Assembly (NCBI GenBank): GCA_963841565.1 | Contig: CAWJCY010000003.1 | Location: forward strand, 160,001 to 224,000 | From: an uncultured Nitrososphaerales archaeon | Lineage (GTDB): Archaea > Thermoproteota > Nitrososphaeria > Nitrososphaerales > Nitrososphaeraceae | DNA length: 64,000 nt | Reading direction: 5' to 3' | Shown: positions 53,269-64,000 of the stretch, one piece after another | How positions within the stretch are numbered: position 1 is the first letter of the stretch | Layout: the number at the start of each line of letters is the position of its first letter | Translations under genes and position numbers: made by a program | The notes under the pieces: model-generated | Told to the model about the DNA's origin: nothing | Databases searched by the model: none | What the model saw: the letters and a program-made list of their open reading frames with translations, nothing else

Positions 53269-53763
53269 ATGAGTTACACAGGTAAGCAAAGAATTAAAGG
53301 ACAAAGGGTATTTCGACCCCTTTCATTTGTTTCACTTGGTCTGGTCTTTACGGTTATTATTATTGGGGCGTTTCTCAGCGCTCGTGGTCAAGGACTTTTG
53401 TGTTCAGATTGGCCGTTGTGCCCGACTGGCTTCAGTTTGTCACCAGAAGGAGAGTACTTCACCGAATACATTCACAGGATTATCGCCTTGATCACTGTTG
53501 TCTCTGTTTATGTTACAGCCTGCTACGCAATTAAAAGATTTGTCAAGGCTAGAAGGACTGCTACGGCTACCGCCGTAGCAGTCTCAATTCAAATTGCGAT
53601 TGGAATGCTAGTGGTACTTTCAGAGCTACAACCGATCATAGTTGCTATTCATACTGGAGTAGGTGTCCTCTCCTTAGCATTCGCCTTACTGACGTTTATC
53701 TTATCCTACCCTATCTTCACAGGTCATCCCGTCTCAAATAAAGCCTCTTCTGAAGTAAATTGA
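53269..53763 (+). CDS. ctaA: Short (half-size) heme A synthase, COX15/CtaA family
   Basis: GL.CSDWPLC, EYIHR, QIAIG, AIH; 4 TM helices. Confidence 0.82.
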   Translation: MSYTGKQRIKGQRVFRPLSFVSLGLVFTVIIIGAFLSARGQGLLCSDWPLCPTGFSLSPEGEYFTEYIHRIIALITVVSVYVTACYAIKRFVKARRTATATAVAVSIQIAIGMLVVLSELQPIIVAIHTGVGVLSLAFALLTFILSYPIFTGHPVSNKASSEVN

Positions 53764-53830
53764 GGCGTATTTGATTAGTAGTGACTTTGGGTGATATTTA
53801 TGAATGTACAAGTCAGCTAATCCGTCTGAA

Positions 53831-54500
53831 TCAAATTTTTGACTCCCCACCTGACTCGTTGTCATCGATGCTATGACCGCTTACAGTCCATGGGAACCGC
53901 TTACTAATTATTGAACCCCAATCAAGCTTTGTCACCAAATAAAGGAGGCAACCTACTAGTGATACGCTAACAATTGTGAATATGGCCAAGTACACAGGAT
54001 CGGAGGTTCTGTTTAGTATTTGTAGGGCCAGTGGTCTTCCCCAAAGTAAGAGTATCCATACTACTACTAAATTGACTATGAGCTTTCCAAAGAAAGTTGT
54101 TACAACAAATTTCCATGGATCAAATTTGGAGATACCAAGGAGTATGATAAAAATATCATCAGGCGGAAAAGGAGTCAATGCTGCAACAAATGATCCTAGT
54201 GAACCATATCTTGTTAACAATAATTGCAATGGGGTCATCCGAGTTAATGTTTTCTTTTTGATAAGGCTCCTCCCGTGATAGCTCAGCTAAAAAAATTGTC
54301 GTTCGCCCCAAGGTCACGCCGATAGCAGAAGCTAATGCCAGCAGGTTCGGATCGAATCTACCGCTCAGCAGCGCGATAACCAAAACTGGAATATAAGGGA
54401 TCGGTACAAAGACGATTAGGCTTATGAGTAACGTTACTATCAAAACTCCAGCGTAGCCTAGACTACCCCCTATCGAGAAAATCTCCTCTAAAAGAGTCAA
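53831..54500 (-). CDS. VTT/DedA (SNARE-associated) membrane protein; +1 frameshift at ~54284
   Basis: IVFVPIPY, A.G.TLGR in segment 1; FVAALTPFPPDD..I.LG...F...F.GK in segment 2; removing one base gives TIFLASYHGRSL. Confidence 0.8.
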
Positions 54501-54664
54501 TAGCGAAACTATTGGAATTAAGCGGCTAGCCCAATATTTACGAATCGAACAATTGCAATTCAGATCAGTATTCTAATCGTCCTAACTGCAGTTCCTTTTG
54601 AACTGAATGCTGATTTTCTCACTCATTACTAATGTTAATTCGATAAAATAATTGCATTCATCTT

Positions 54665-55069
54665 CTACTTGAATTTGGTTACTTGAATATCACCGTCGTT
54701 TGCTGTGACTGTTACCTTTGTGAAATTCAATTCAGTGCTCCCAGGAGGGGTAATCATGACAGACGCGAATGGACCCATATTCCCAATCTGCTGAATTTGT
54801 CCCCGATCACCAAATTGCACAGATACATTATTGAGGGTATCAAAGTCGTTATTTGATATCCTGACACTTACTGTCTGCATAGTCCCCATCACCTCACTAC
54901 GCTCAACAATTTCTACATTTAATCCTGATCTAGGGATATAGACTGATAATACAACTACTCCCACAGTAATAAAGCCTGCGACTATGACATATTTTATAAT
55001 CCTTATGTAGTTCCTCTTACTGGAAAAGCCTTCGTCGTCGGCAAAGCGGTTATTCTCCCATCTTCCCAT
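54665..55069 (-). CDS. Hypothetical membrane-anchored protein with Ig-like extracellular domain
   Basis: ATG at 55069 (MGRWENN), one TM, then beta-rich SVRISNN...NNVSVQF. Confidence 0.7.
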   Translation of the reverse strand: MGRWENNRFADDEGFSSKRNYIRIIKYVIVAGFITVGVVVLSVYIPRSGLNVEIVERSEVMGTMQTVSVRISNNDFDTLNNVSVQFGDRGQIQQIGNMGPFASVMITPPGSTELNFTKVTVTANDGDIQVTKFK

Positions 55070-55784
55070 GAAGAACAATATACACATTAGTGTATTATGG
55101 TTATGGTTCTTACGGCTTCTCTTGATCAGAACCAAAATGAGTCAGAGGAGCTGCCGTAATGGAGATTGAAAAAGTAAGGTGTTTCAAAAAATTATAGAAC
55201 GATAAATATTGGTAAGTCAAGTAAGGAAACTGAAATACCTTAACGGCACGACAAAATAATCAATTTAAGAATTTACCTTCCTGACCGATGTTCAGCACCA
55301 ATAGAACAAGGTTTTCATTTGTGAGAGTGGGAAGAATGCAATCTAAGTAAAAGGTCGGCGCATGGGGTAGAATTCGATTCAGGAGTGTTGATCATTGTTC
55401 CAGTTGGCAGTTGATAGAGTTCATTGATAACCACTTTGACTGCCTGTACAATGACAGGATTTCAGTAAAATCGTTACTTCTCATCATGGTTCTCGCAAGT
55501 AGGATTAGAAGACCTCGAAAAAACAAAATATTTTCAGTCTAGCCCAAATAATTTGCCTGAACCTGATTTGTTATCATTATTGATAGTTCATTCCGTGCAA
55601 ATGTTCTATCAAAGTATCGATACTATAGTTTCTATATCTTTTTTAAGAAACTAAAGTTTAATTGTATTGGGAGTCCAAGATCTAGTATATGTTCGTCAAT
55701 CTTATTCCAATATAACCATGACCTAGTGAGAAGTTGACTCGATATCCTTCTCAATCCAGATAAATCAATACTAGATATCTATTT

Positions 55785-56018
55785 ATGATTATGACAAGCC
55801 TCAGAATTTTAACCTTGACTATAGCATTGACAGGGCTAATCATTGGTTCACTACTCAACGGTACAGGTATCTCCTACGGAAAGGAATACCAAAAAAAATC
55901 CCTTGCCGTTTCACAGGCCAATTACTGCGGACAAGGAGAGGTCGGGATGAGTGTTCAATGCACCAATACTGTATCACAGACTCAAGGAAATGAAAACGGA
56001 GTAGCTCTGACTGACTAG
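55785..56018 (+). CDS. Small secreted protein
   Basis: Signal peptide followed by QAN.CG......C.NT.SQ.QG.EN. Confidence 0.55.
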   Translation: MIMTSLRILTLTIALTGLIIGSLLNGTGISYGKEYQKKSLAVSQANYCGQGEVGMSVQCTNTVSQTQGNENGVALTD

Positions 56019-56208
56019 GAACCATTTTTGAAACTTATTGCCTAATCTGAATTCGACCTTAAATTTCTTCATTGGAGGATACTTCATTCTCTAGTTTGTA
56101 CAATATGAAAGAAGATTAAAGGATGGATTAACAGGTTTTAAAGATAAGAATACGCTAAACATGAGCTGGGCGTTTTCCGATCGTCAGCCTAGAGCAACAA
56201 ACTCAATC

Positions 56209-57969
56209 TTACCTCCTGAAAAGAGGGTTACAAACGAATGGACCAAGTGTTTCTGTGCAGCGATCGTACAAGTCACTAAAGAAATCATCTGGACGATCAA
56301 TTTGAGTTTGTGTAGGAAAATAGCTACCATTGCCAGGTTGCAGGGCTCCAAATTCAGAAGTCGATCCCACAATGACAGGGATTTTTATGGGTTGAGCATT
56401 CCTTATTACAATAACTTCGATAGTATCGCCTATGTTTTTGTTCCCGATGAATTTATCTAAAGCATCAACATTAGTGATCATTGTATTGTCAATTCTCATG
56501 ATTACATCCCCTCCTATTTCTACTGGGGTTCCATTTATATCCGCAACAATAAATCCGCCTCTAATCCCAGCCTGGTCAGCTGGTCCGTTCGCAAATACGT
56601 CAACCACAAGGACGCCTTCTCGTTCGACTTCGCGAACATCATTTGAGAGTTGTTGTTGCGGGAATCTGGTTAGGTTCATTCTTGCCGCTATTTGTTCAGT
56701 CATGTTTATTGTATTGATGCCAAGGGTGGGGTACTGTTGCTGGCTCTGCTCAGTTTCCAGCTGTAGTTGTGTTGGCCTGGGTGTTACTGTCATACCAATT
56801 TCCAGGAATTTTCCATCCCTTATCACTCTAAGGATTACATTTTCACCTACCGACCTTGCCGATTGAAGGTACAAAAGTAAATCTTCAATTTTCCTGACCG
56901 TGACGTTGTCTACAGCAACAATTACATCCCCTCCCAACTCTATTTGTCTACCATTAATATCCTTTAACACTCCTCCATCTCTAATACCCGATCTTTCTGC
57001 TGGGCTTCCCGATGTAACCTCAGTAACTAAGAAGCCTCTTGAACTATTCAAACCCATCTCAGTCGCGATTTCAGGAGACACGTCCACGCCAGTTATTCCT
57101 ATATACGGATGTCTATATGTTCCTGTAGATATTAGCTCCGGTACTACTTTCCTAATGATATCTGATGGGATAGCAGATCCAACTCCTGCATATTCACCAC
57201 TATTTGAGAAAATTTCTGTATTCATCCCTATAACTTCCCCTGCTGTATTAAGCAGTGGCCCACCTGAATTGGAAGGATTAATGGCAGCATCAGTTTGAAT
57301 TAGGTTTGGGATCAAAAGTGATGGAGCATCTTGACGTAATAGAAGATCTCCTTGTGGAACAGAGGAGGGAAGAATCCTACCAAAGCCACTCACTATTCCC
57401 TCGGTCATCGACCCGGATAATCCAAATGGATTTCCTACTGCCAAAACTACTTGCCCGATTCTGACCTGGGATGAATTGCCCAGAGGTAATGGAATGAGGC
57501 TATCTCCAGTTATGTTTTCGACCTTCAAGACAGCCAACTCAGAGTAAAGATCTGCACCAATGACTCTGCCAATGTATGTCGTACCGTCTAGGAAAGTTAT
57601 ATGAAAATCTTTATCGCTTAGGCTTGTTTCTTGGCTTTCCCCTGGGTCAGCAACCACGTGATAGTTGGTTATGATATGGCCTAGATTATCATAAATGAAA
57701 CCTGAGCCTTGCCTTGACCCGAAAGAGGAGGCGCGAGCTTCGCTTATTTGAACTATTGATTGATCTACATCATTGAACAATGTAGTGAGATCACGTCCCA
57801 AATTCTGATTCGTCAGTATCGAGGAATCTTGATCTTCTTCGACCGGGACAGGCGAGTTATTTGGCGACTCCAATTGGGCACCTACTTCAAAGGCATATAA
57901 TGTTAAAAAGCAAATCAAGAAAATAGCAACAGAGGGCAAACAAAATCGAGATCGGTTGCATATTTCCAT
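56209..57969 (-). CDS. HtrA/DegP-like serine protease with two PDZ domains
   Basis: GSGF, TNYHVV, ELAVLK, AVGNPFGL, QTDAAINPSNSGGPL; two GGDVI PDZ repeats. Confidence 0.92.
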   Translation of the reverse strand: MEICNRSRFCLPSVAIFLICFLTLYAFEVGAQLESPNNSPVPVEEDQDSSILTNQNLGRDLTTLFNDVDQSIVQISEARASSFGSRQGSGFIYDNLGHIITNYHVVADPGESQETSLSDKDFHITFLDGTTYIGRVIGADLYSELAVLKVENITGDSLIPLPLGNSSQVRIGQVVLAVGNPFGLSGSMTEGIVSGFGRILPSSVPQGDLLLRQDAPSLLIPNLIQTDAAINPSNSGGPLLNTAGEVIGMNTEIFSNSGEYAGVGSAIPSDIIRKVVPELISTGTYRHPYIGITGVDVSPEIATEMGLNSSRGFLVTEVTSGSPAERSGIRDGGVLKDINGRQIELGGDVIVAVDNVTVRKIEDLLLYLQSARSVGENVILRVIRDGKFLEIGMTVTPRPTQLQLETEQSQQQYPTLGINTINMTEQIAARMNLTRFPQQQLSNDVREVEREGVLVVDVFANGPADQAGIRGGFIVADINGTPVEIGGDVIMRIDNTMITNVDALDKFIGNKNIGDTIEVIVIRNAQPIKIPVIVGSTSEFGALQPGNGSYFPTQTQIDRPDDFFSDLYDRCTETLGPFVCNPLFRR

Positions 57970-58689
57970 AATGTCTCGTATAAAAACCCTGCTTTAAATG
58001 CGTTTGGAGGAGGGATCGTATTGATTCCCATTCTACAATTTACAAAATAAGGTACCCGATAAGAACTCAACCGAATGAATATACATACTACCAATTGATA
58101 AATCTTTACGTTAAGTAACAGAGAAAGTAAGGATCCATTTTAGAATTAGGAAATATTTTTGATTCAATAATTTTGAAAAGATGCAAGCGGCATACTATAT
58201 GAACTCATTTTATTCAAGTCAATAAGAGTGATAATCGAACGCTGACTCCACATATTATTTGGATCAGACAATTTGAGAGATCGCCATGTGTTAACCAGTA
58301 TCATTAAAAATACTGATCGCAAATTAATGGTCTTATTCATCTTTTCGATGCTAGGAGTAATAGATTAAGCATGTATGCCTTACTCTTTTAGCTCTGAACT
58401 TGTTCTATTGACCTACCTTCCTAGTTTGGTAGTCCAAAATACAGGAACAAAATAAAAAGAACTATGTTAGTTTACTAATGATGTCAACTAGAGTGAACAA
58501 TATTCATGAGTGACTTTTTATAAACAAAAGATTATCTTGTAACACGTTCATCTATCAATAGGATTGAAACCTTCTGCTAATTTTTATTATTTATATAAAT
58601 AATTAGACTCTTTACTGTAGATTAGTACTATAACAATTATTTATCCGACGCTAAACTTATTACTATGACCAGAATAGATATCCACAATC

Positions 58690-59280
58690 TTGAAAATATA
58701 TCAAGACAGTACTAAAACGGTTTACATGGTCCTACTTGTCTGTATGGTCACATGTCTAATGATTTCTGATCTTCATAACTTTCAGTTGTTTAATGTTGCC
58801 GCATCGCCTGCAGTTACGATAACACCAGAGGACGGAGAAGAGGATGAATTTGATGAAAAGGGTGATGATGAAACCGAATCATCTCAAACTCAAGAAGGCC
58901 AAAACGGAGAAGCGATACAACCAGCTGCGAGTACAGAAACACCCGATACCAACGAGCAGGATCATGAAGGCGATTATCAAATAGTTATACCTGACGGTGC
59001 TGCATGGAAAGAAACAATATCGGAAAGATTCTATCCTCCAGAATTAATTGTTCCATCAGGTTCATATGTAACATGGACCAATGATGATGATTTAACTCAT
59101 ACAATTACTAGTGGTAAAAAGGCAGGATATGGGTTGTATGAATTTGTGCAGGATGGTATATTTAATTCTGGAGAGTTAGATGAAGAAGAATCGTTCACAT
59201 TTCACTTTGCCGAACCTGGAAGGTACGAATACTTCTGCGTTCCCCATCCTTGGATGAACGGAGTTATTGTTGTACAATAA
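58690..59280 (+). CDS. Secreted cupredoxin (plastocyanin/azurin-like) with acidic linker
   Basis: W.N.D...HT.TSG and YFC.PHPWM.G type-1 Cu ligands (H, C, H, M). Confidence 0.9.
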   Translation: MKIYQDSTKTVYMVLLVCMVTCLMISDLHNFQLFNVAASPAVTITPEDGEEDEFDEKGDDETESSQTQEGQNGEAIQPAASTETPDTNEQDHEGDYQIVIPDGAAWKETISERFYPPELIVPSGSYVTWTNDDDLTHTITSGKKAGYGLYEFVQDGIFNSGELDEEESFTFHFAEPGRYEYFCVPHPWMNGVIVVQ

Positions 59281-59536
59281 ATGATTTAAATGCGATCCGG
59301 TTCACTTGTAAGAAGTCATTAGATATAGTCCCGCATTACACTTCCTGCTCTCAGAATCATTCCAAGCCATATCGAATTATGAATCATGAAATTATAGAGA
59401 GTACCAGTGTGGATACAGTAAAATCTGTCATGGTGGCCAATAATTGTCTGAGATAATAGAAAGTTAGGATATTGTCATCGATATGATTGCAACATTATTG
59501 CAAGAAGATCATTAGGGAAGGGATAAGACAATAAAG

Positions 59537-59968
59537 TTATCTTAATGGGGGTTGATAGAAAATTTTCTCTGGTTTTATCTTTAGGATAACCCTTTTTTCA
59601 CCAGGAGAACGACCTGGATATTTATCGACTCCAAGATATTTTTTAGCCAATTTATCTATATGCTCTTCAGCAACAGCTTGTGTAATTTGCTCTGTTACCT
59701 TCCCGCGGATAGTGACCATTTCGTATGGATTACTACCATTAACAATGGATATCGCTAACCTAGGATCTCTGGAGAGATTCTTGTGTTTTATCCTTCCTTC
59801 AGCAGTATTTACTAGGATACTATATTCATTATTTTTCTCGATATCTACCCATGTGGGGGTAATTTGCGGAGAGCCGTCTTTCATCAGAGTTGAGACAAAG
59901 GCGAAATTCTTAGCTTGAAATAGTCGAGCTATTGGCTCAGTGATTTGTATTGCGTCCTTACTCATCAA
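59537..59968 (-). CDS. PPOX-class F420-dependent oxidoreductase
   Basis: STLMKDGSPQITPTW, NTAEGRIK.KNL.RDPR, IDKLAKKY. Confidence 0.88.
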   Translation of the reverse strand: MMSKDAIQITEPIARLFQAKNFAFVSTLMKDGSPQITPTWVDIEKNNEYSILVNTAEGRIKHKNLSRDPRLAISIVNGSNPYEMVTIRGKVTEQITQAVAEEHIDKLAKKYLGVDKYPGRSPGEKRVILKIKPEKIFYQPPLR

Positions 59969-60209
59969 CTATCAAATAGTATGCATATCTAATAACCATT
60001 TTGAATTGAACTATTTGGAATCGGATAAATTCAAGAAGACTTCAATAAGTTGAGTTCGAGGTAACTGGCGCCAGCTGCAAAAAAATAGGTCGGCAGTTTC
60101 CTCGTCCTCAATCCACTCACAAACATTAAAAGTGTTCTCAGAAGAATAAGTGGGTAACTGAGTGAAACACTAATCATCACCAAAATATTCTACAATTCGA
60201 CCGCAGGCG

Positions 60210-61478
60210 CTATCTGCTAATTCTATACACTGCTCCGTCTCTTAACGAAGTAACATACAGCATCCCATCTGGGCCAATCTCTAAGTCAGTCGGAACTCCA
60301 AACCCTTCACCAAAGATAGTACTTTGAAGCTCAGAGTCTGAGTTAGCCACTTTGTCGGCTAAAGTACCGTTTAAACGCAGTCCAGTTCTTTCCTGGTCCA
60401 GTTCAAAATGATAGATTCTGCCAAATGCATAGTCTCCAACAAACATATCATTCTTGTAACCGGGTCCAAATCTATCACTATTGAAGAATAAAAGAGCAGT
60501 CGGTGCCACAGTTTGATTCCACACAAACTTTGGATCACTATATTTTCCAGTTCCACTAAATGAGACCAACCCGCTATAGTTGAATCCAGAGGGAGCAATT
60601 CCTGTTAGGTCTCTCCAACCTCCATTGAACCCTGACTCTATCAAGTTAATTTCGTCATTTGTGCGTACACCGTTTTCGCTGATCCAAAGTTTTCCTGTCA
60701 GGGGGTCAAAATCCATACCAAAGCTGTTCCTTATCCCGTACGCAAAATACGATTTCATACCAGAAGCAAGATCTAATATTCCAGGAGCAACGATTTCACC
60801 ATCTTGAGTAATTCTGTGGACACCGCTTGTTCCATCTGCATCGGGTCCCTTCTCAAAGTTTTGCGCTTTGGTGCTATGGCCCTCTCCGTTATCGTCCTGA
60901 ATTTGACCTATTACTAAATAGAGATAATTGTCTGGTCCAACTAGAACCGGACCTCCGTTATCCATTGAACCAGTTCCCGCAGGTAAATCTAAAAGCAGCT
61001 TTGGGTTAATTAGACTGTCCTTATCATCGGCCAATTCGTACCTATACAGCCGATTTCCAAGGGGGTCACCTTCGTCATCACGCGACGATGATGATTCAGC
61101 GTAGTACAAAAATACAAAGGTTTTGCTCCCATTTTGGTACGAATCGATACCGATCAAACCTCTAGAATCATCCGTGGAAACATCCAAGTCTAATACTGTT
61201 TGAGAGATCTCCCCATCTATAACTCGCTTAACCTTCCCTGTATCCTCCTCTATGACTAAAAAGTCATCCGGACCCAAAAAGGTCAAGCCGGTAGGTCTTG
61301 ACAATCCGTCCACGATCCTGTCTAAATGAAAATCAAGTGACTTTAGAATCGGTTTTCCTAACGCCACGATGTGTACATCGCCTAGAATCGGTATCACCAA
61401 GCAACATGAAAGAACTACCAGTGTTATGAGATAAGTAAATGGAGGCATGAAGACATACATATGTGATAACCCTCTCAA
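60210..61478 (-). CDS. PQQ-dependent sugar dehydrogenase family (GSDH beta-propeller)
   Basis: GLSRPT, RGLIGI, GPDNYLY, YGIRNSFG.DFDP, ENG...DEIN, G.PTDL..GPDG.LYV. Confidence 0.85.
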   Translation of the reverse strand: MRGLSHMYVFMPPFTYLITLVVLSCCLVIPILGDVHIVALGKPILKSLDFHLDRIVDGLSRPTGLTFLGPDDFLVIEEDTGKVKRVIDGEISQTVLDLDVSTDDSRGLIGIDSYQNGSKTFVFLYYAESSSSRDDEGDPLGNRLYRYELADDKDSLINPKLLLDLPAGTGSMDNGGPVLVGPDNYLYLVIGQIQDDNGEGHSTKAQNFEKGPDADGTSGVHRITQDGEIVAPGILDLASGMKSYFAYGIRNSFGMDFDPLTGKLWISENGVRTNDEINLIESGFNGGWRDLTGIAPSGFNYSGLVSFSGTGKYSDPKFVWNQTVAPTALLFFNSDRFGPGYKNDMFVGDYAFGRIYHFELDQERTGLRLNGTLADKVANSDSELQSTIFGEGFGVPTDLEIGPDGMLYVTSLRDGAVYRISR

Positions 61479-62019
61479 TATTAAGACTTCACAATCTGGT
61501 GCAGTTTATTCTAGCTTTTATCCTGATGGATTTCTAATTCGATGCAAAGTGGACGAATAGAATGTAACTCTATGCAAGATCTGATCTTACCATTCTTCCA
61601 AGAGAAACCGCGGATTTCATATAGATACTTTTAGGCAGAAATTAATCTAAATGTTGGTGCAGTCACATCAAACGGAGCAAAATTTTCTTGGCCGCCAATT
61701 GCGAAAGAACACCTCCACATTACTAGGATGCAAATGCCACAAATACCCCGATAGATTCTTTTAAAACATTGATCGTACATTCTGTTTAAGAGCTGTCCAC
61801 CCCGGAAAAGGGGAGCAGATGTGAACGCCATGTTGGAGATAGTAAACGCGAAAGGAGACATAGCAAACTTTGTGTTCGGGCTAATTCTCAACCACGCATT
61901 CCATGGTGATGCACATTATTCTCAAAAAGTCTTAAGTGATAAAGACTATTCTTCATCTAATAGAACTAAAAGTAGCATCCCATTTATTGGTGGAGAGAAA
62001 GATCTCATGTCATAGTTCA

Positions 62020-62562
62020 ATGACCTTAAAATTATCATTAACTGTTGGCGTAGGGGTTAGTATTATTGCTCTGATTGCAGTATTGATAGTTAGTTCGTTT
62101 AGTAAAGAGCAATCTGCGTTCGCACTCACACGTGGAACCCCATACGATGATCTTTTGAGTAGCGCGATGACAGGAGATTCGAATCGGAATGAACTGTCTT
62201 TTATGGGAACGAATAGCACTCAGGCAGGCCCATCTGCCAATAGCAGTAGTGTATTTATTTATGGTGACCTAGGTAACGATGAAATCCGGGGCTCTAATCA
62301 AAGCGACCATTTAGGTGGAGGGCCAGGAAGTGATGTAGTTTATGGCTACAATGGCGGTGATTACATCCAAGGAGGCCTTGGAATCGATTCTCTTTATGGC
62401 GGCGATGGAGATGATGTTCTTACTGGGAGTGAAGGAGCTGACTACTTTGATTGTGGTCAAGGAAGAGATAGTGTAGATGACTTCGAACCCGTTGAAGGAG
62501 ATTTCGCAGTGGCTAATTGTGAAATCCTGGAAAATGAAGAAAAACCAGTAGCGATGCGTTGA
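62020..62562 (+). CDS. Membrane-anchored calcium-binding protein with RTX-like GGxGxD repeats
   Basis: GDLGND, GGPGSD, GGLGID, GGDGDD, GSEGAD nonapeptides; FDCG.G.D...DF....GD....NCE terminus. Confidence 0.8.
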   Translation: MTLKLSLTVGVGVSIIALIAVLIVSSFSKEQSAFALTRGTPYDDLLSSAMTGDSNRNELSFMGTNSTQAGPSANSSSVFIYGDLGNDEIRGSNQSDHLGGGPGSDVVYGYNGGDYIQGGLGIDSLYGGDGDDVLTGSEGADYFDCGQGRDSVDDFEPVEGDFAVANCEILENEEKPVAMR

Positions 62563-63248
62563 CTAGACCAGCCCTACACCTCTTCGCTTTTCATATAACG
62601 TACGCTTCAAGGGATTGTTGAAGCACTTTGAATAGGGAATTTGTAAATTGCAGAGTGAATTTACTGGAATCTTATTAACTGATTTCATCGAGAACTATTC
62701 AAATCCTATAGAATAACTCATGTTCTTGGAGGGAGGGATTCAACATGATTGATCATCACTGAACGCTTAGGAGGCGGTAAGTCACATCTGTTCCATAGAT
62801 TGAAAATACACCATTCTTAGATCTTTTAGGGACGGCCAGGATGGAGAATGGGGCTTCGGATAAGGTTAAAATGGTGGCTCAATTGATTTTGAAAAAAGCA
62901 GAGAAAAGAGATCTCGGTGGAGTGGCAGGATCACTATCATCCTATAGTGAACCAAAGCTGCGATAGTATTTACAGTACGTAATTTAGGAAATATCCAAAA
63001 CAAAACAGGGATCGAAGATTTACAGAATACTATACAATGAATCAAGCATCAAAAAGTGATTGCTTGTTATGGAGGATATAATCGAGGTTAAATCAACAAT
63101 TACTCTGAGCAGAGCCGTCCTTAAGTGTGAATAATTGGTGGCCTACAGCCCATGTATACATGATGCTACCAAATCAACTAATAATGAGAGCTACCAAAAG
63201 TCAAATTCTAGATCTTTAACGATCATTCTCCAATCATACTGTAATTAG

Positions 63249-64000
63249 TCACACGATTACTGTTTGTTCTTTTCTTGTTCTTAATACTTTATAGTATAAT
63301 TCGGCATGTTCCTTGGCTATTTGTTCCCAACTTAATTTCATCCTGAATTCATTAATTCTGTCGATGTATTTATCATAATTCTTGTCAAGGTATAACATTG
63401 CATCTGAGAATTCTTTTGGATTCCGATCAACTGCGATGCCTAGTCCACGCGAGGCGAATTCAACAAAGAATCCTAACCTAGTGGCGATAAAAGGCAGACC
63501 ATACGACAATGCGTCGAACATGATTCCAGATCCTGAGCTAACCTTGTAAGGCAAAATGACTGCATCTGCGCATGAAAATAGCTCACTTAGTTGCTTTTCG
63601 CTTAGAAAATCGCTGCGTAAATTAATCAAGTTCCTCTTATGGACGCCAATCGGGTAGTCTTCGTGGCTGTACTCATTCTTAGAAGCATTATTGACAATGG
63701 TCCAACCGTCAGGGATGTCCATTTTTTTAATAACATCCCAGCCCTTGGTTGCTGTCGCGTAGCCCAGCGCCAAAGCAACCCTACCATCGGCCGGGATAGA
63801 ATAGGATTTTCTTAAATCAGCTTTGGTCCGATCTGCCGTAGAACCTTGTTTTTTGGCACCATGAAATATCACATTGCATTCTTGATTTCCCAATGTCCGG
63901 GACATGGATTCGGAGAATGTGATTCCAGCGGCACTCTTGATGAGCTTCTGCTTGTTTAAGTTATGAAAAGAACGATAGTTGATTAGCCTTGTCCAGAAAC
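63249..64000 (-). CDS. Glycosyltransferase family 4 (GT-B), 5' end beyond the window
   Basis: IFHG, GY....KGWD, ADAVILPY...SGSG...DALSYGLPFIAT, SWEQIA..H..LY. Confidence 0.85.
   Translation of the reverse strand, partial: FWTRLINYRSFHNLNKQKLIKSAAGITFSESMSRTLGNQECNVIFHGAKKQGSTADRTKADLRKSYSIPADGRVALALGYATATKGWDVIKKMDIPDGWTIVNNASKNEYSHEDYPIGVHKRNLINLRSDFLSEKQLSELFSCADAVILPYKVSSGSGIMFDALSYGLPFIATRLGFFVEFASRGLGIAVDRNPKEFSDAMLYLDKNYDKYIDRINEFRMKLSWEQIAKEHAELYYKVLRTRKEQTVIV

Noticed and set aside
61631-62015. ORFs 61631..61891 and 61821..62015
   Set aside because: Overlapping, motif-free, probably shadow ORFs in an intergenic region.
1-64000. tRNA, rRNA, CRISPR arrays, IS elements, and the many antisense ORFs in the track
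   Set aside because: No cloverleaf/T-loop signatures, regularly spaced direct repeats or transposase motifs were recognised by eye; antisense ORFs are shadows of identified genes.

Overview
Archaeal genomic window, most consistent with a soil-type ammonia-oxidising archaeon (Nitrososphaeraceae). This rests on archaeal information-processing genes (rpoE'/spt4, rps8e, rps30e, aCPSF1, TFB, CDC48, tRNA-splicing endonuclease, ScpA/B) plus a cupredoxin, a PQQ/GSDH-type protein and an F420-dependent PPOX protein. The first ~40 kb is core metabolism (thrC, menA, birA, trpE, ilvBH, leuB-like, nadACX, hom, carAB). The last ~24 kb is a looser accessory region of secreted and membrane proteins. Main finding: carB is interrupted after codon 25 by a 28-nt insert (38411-38438) that folds into a canonical bulge-helix-bulge (BHB) motif. 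Cutting at the two canonical endonuclease sites rejoins ...GGC GAA|UUC GAU... and restores the conserved GEAGEFDYSG motif and a 1199-aa frame, so this is a candidate archaeal mRNA intron. Seven other frameshifts are single-base insertions, all at AGCT or GCWGC motifs, which suggests methylation-linked long-read errors rather than pseudogenes. A 596-aa SDR resembles the aldehyde-forming half of Chloroflexus malonyl-CoA reductase. Several small Cys-rich ORFs missed by the ORF track were translated by hand. No tRNA, rRNA, CRISPR array or transposase was recognised.
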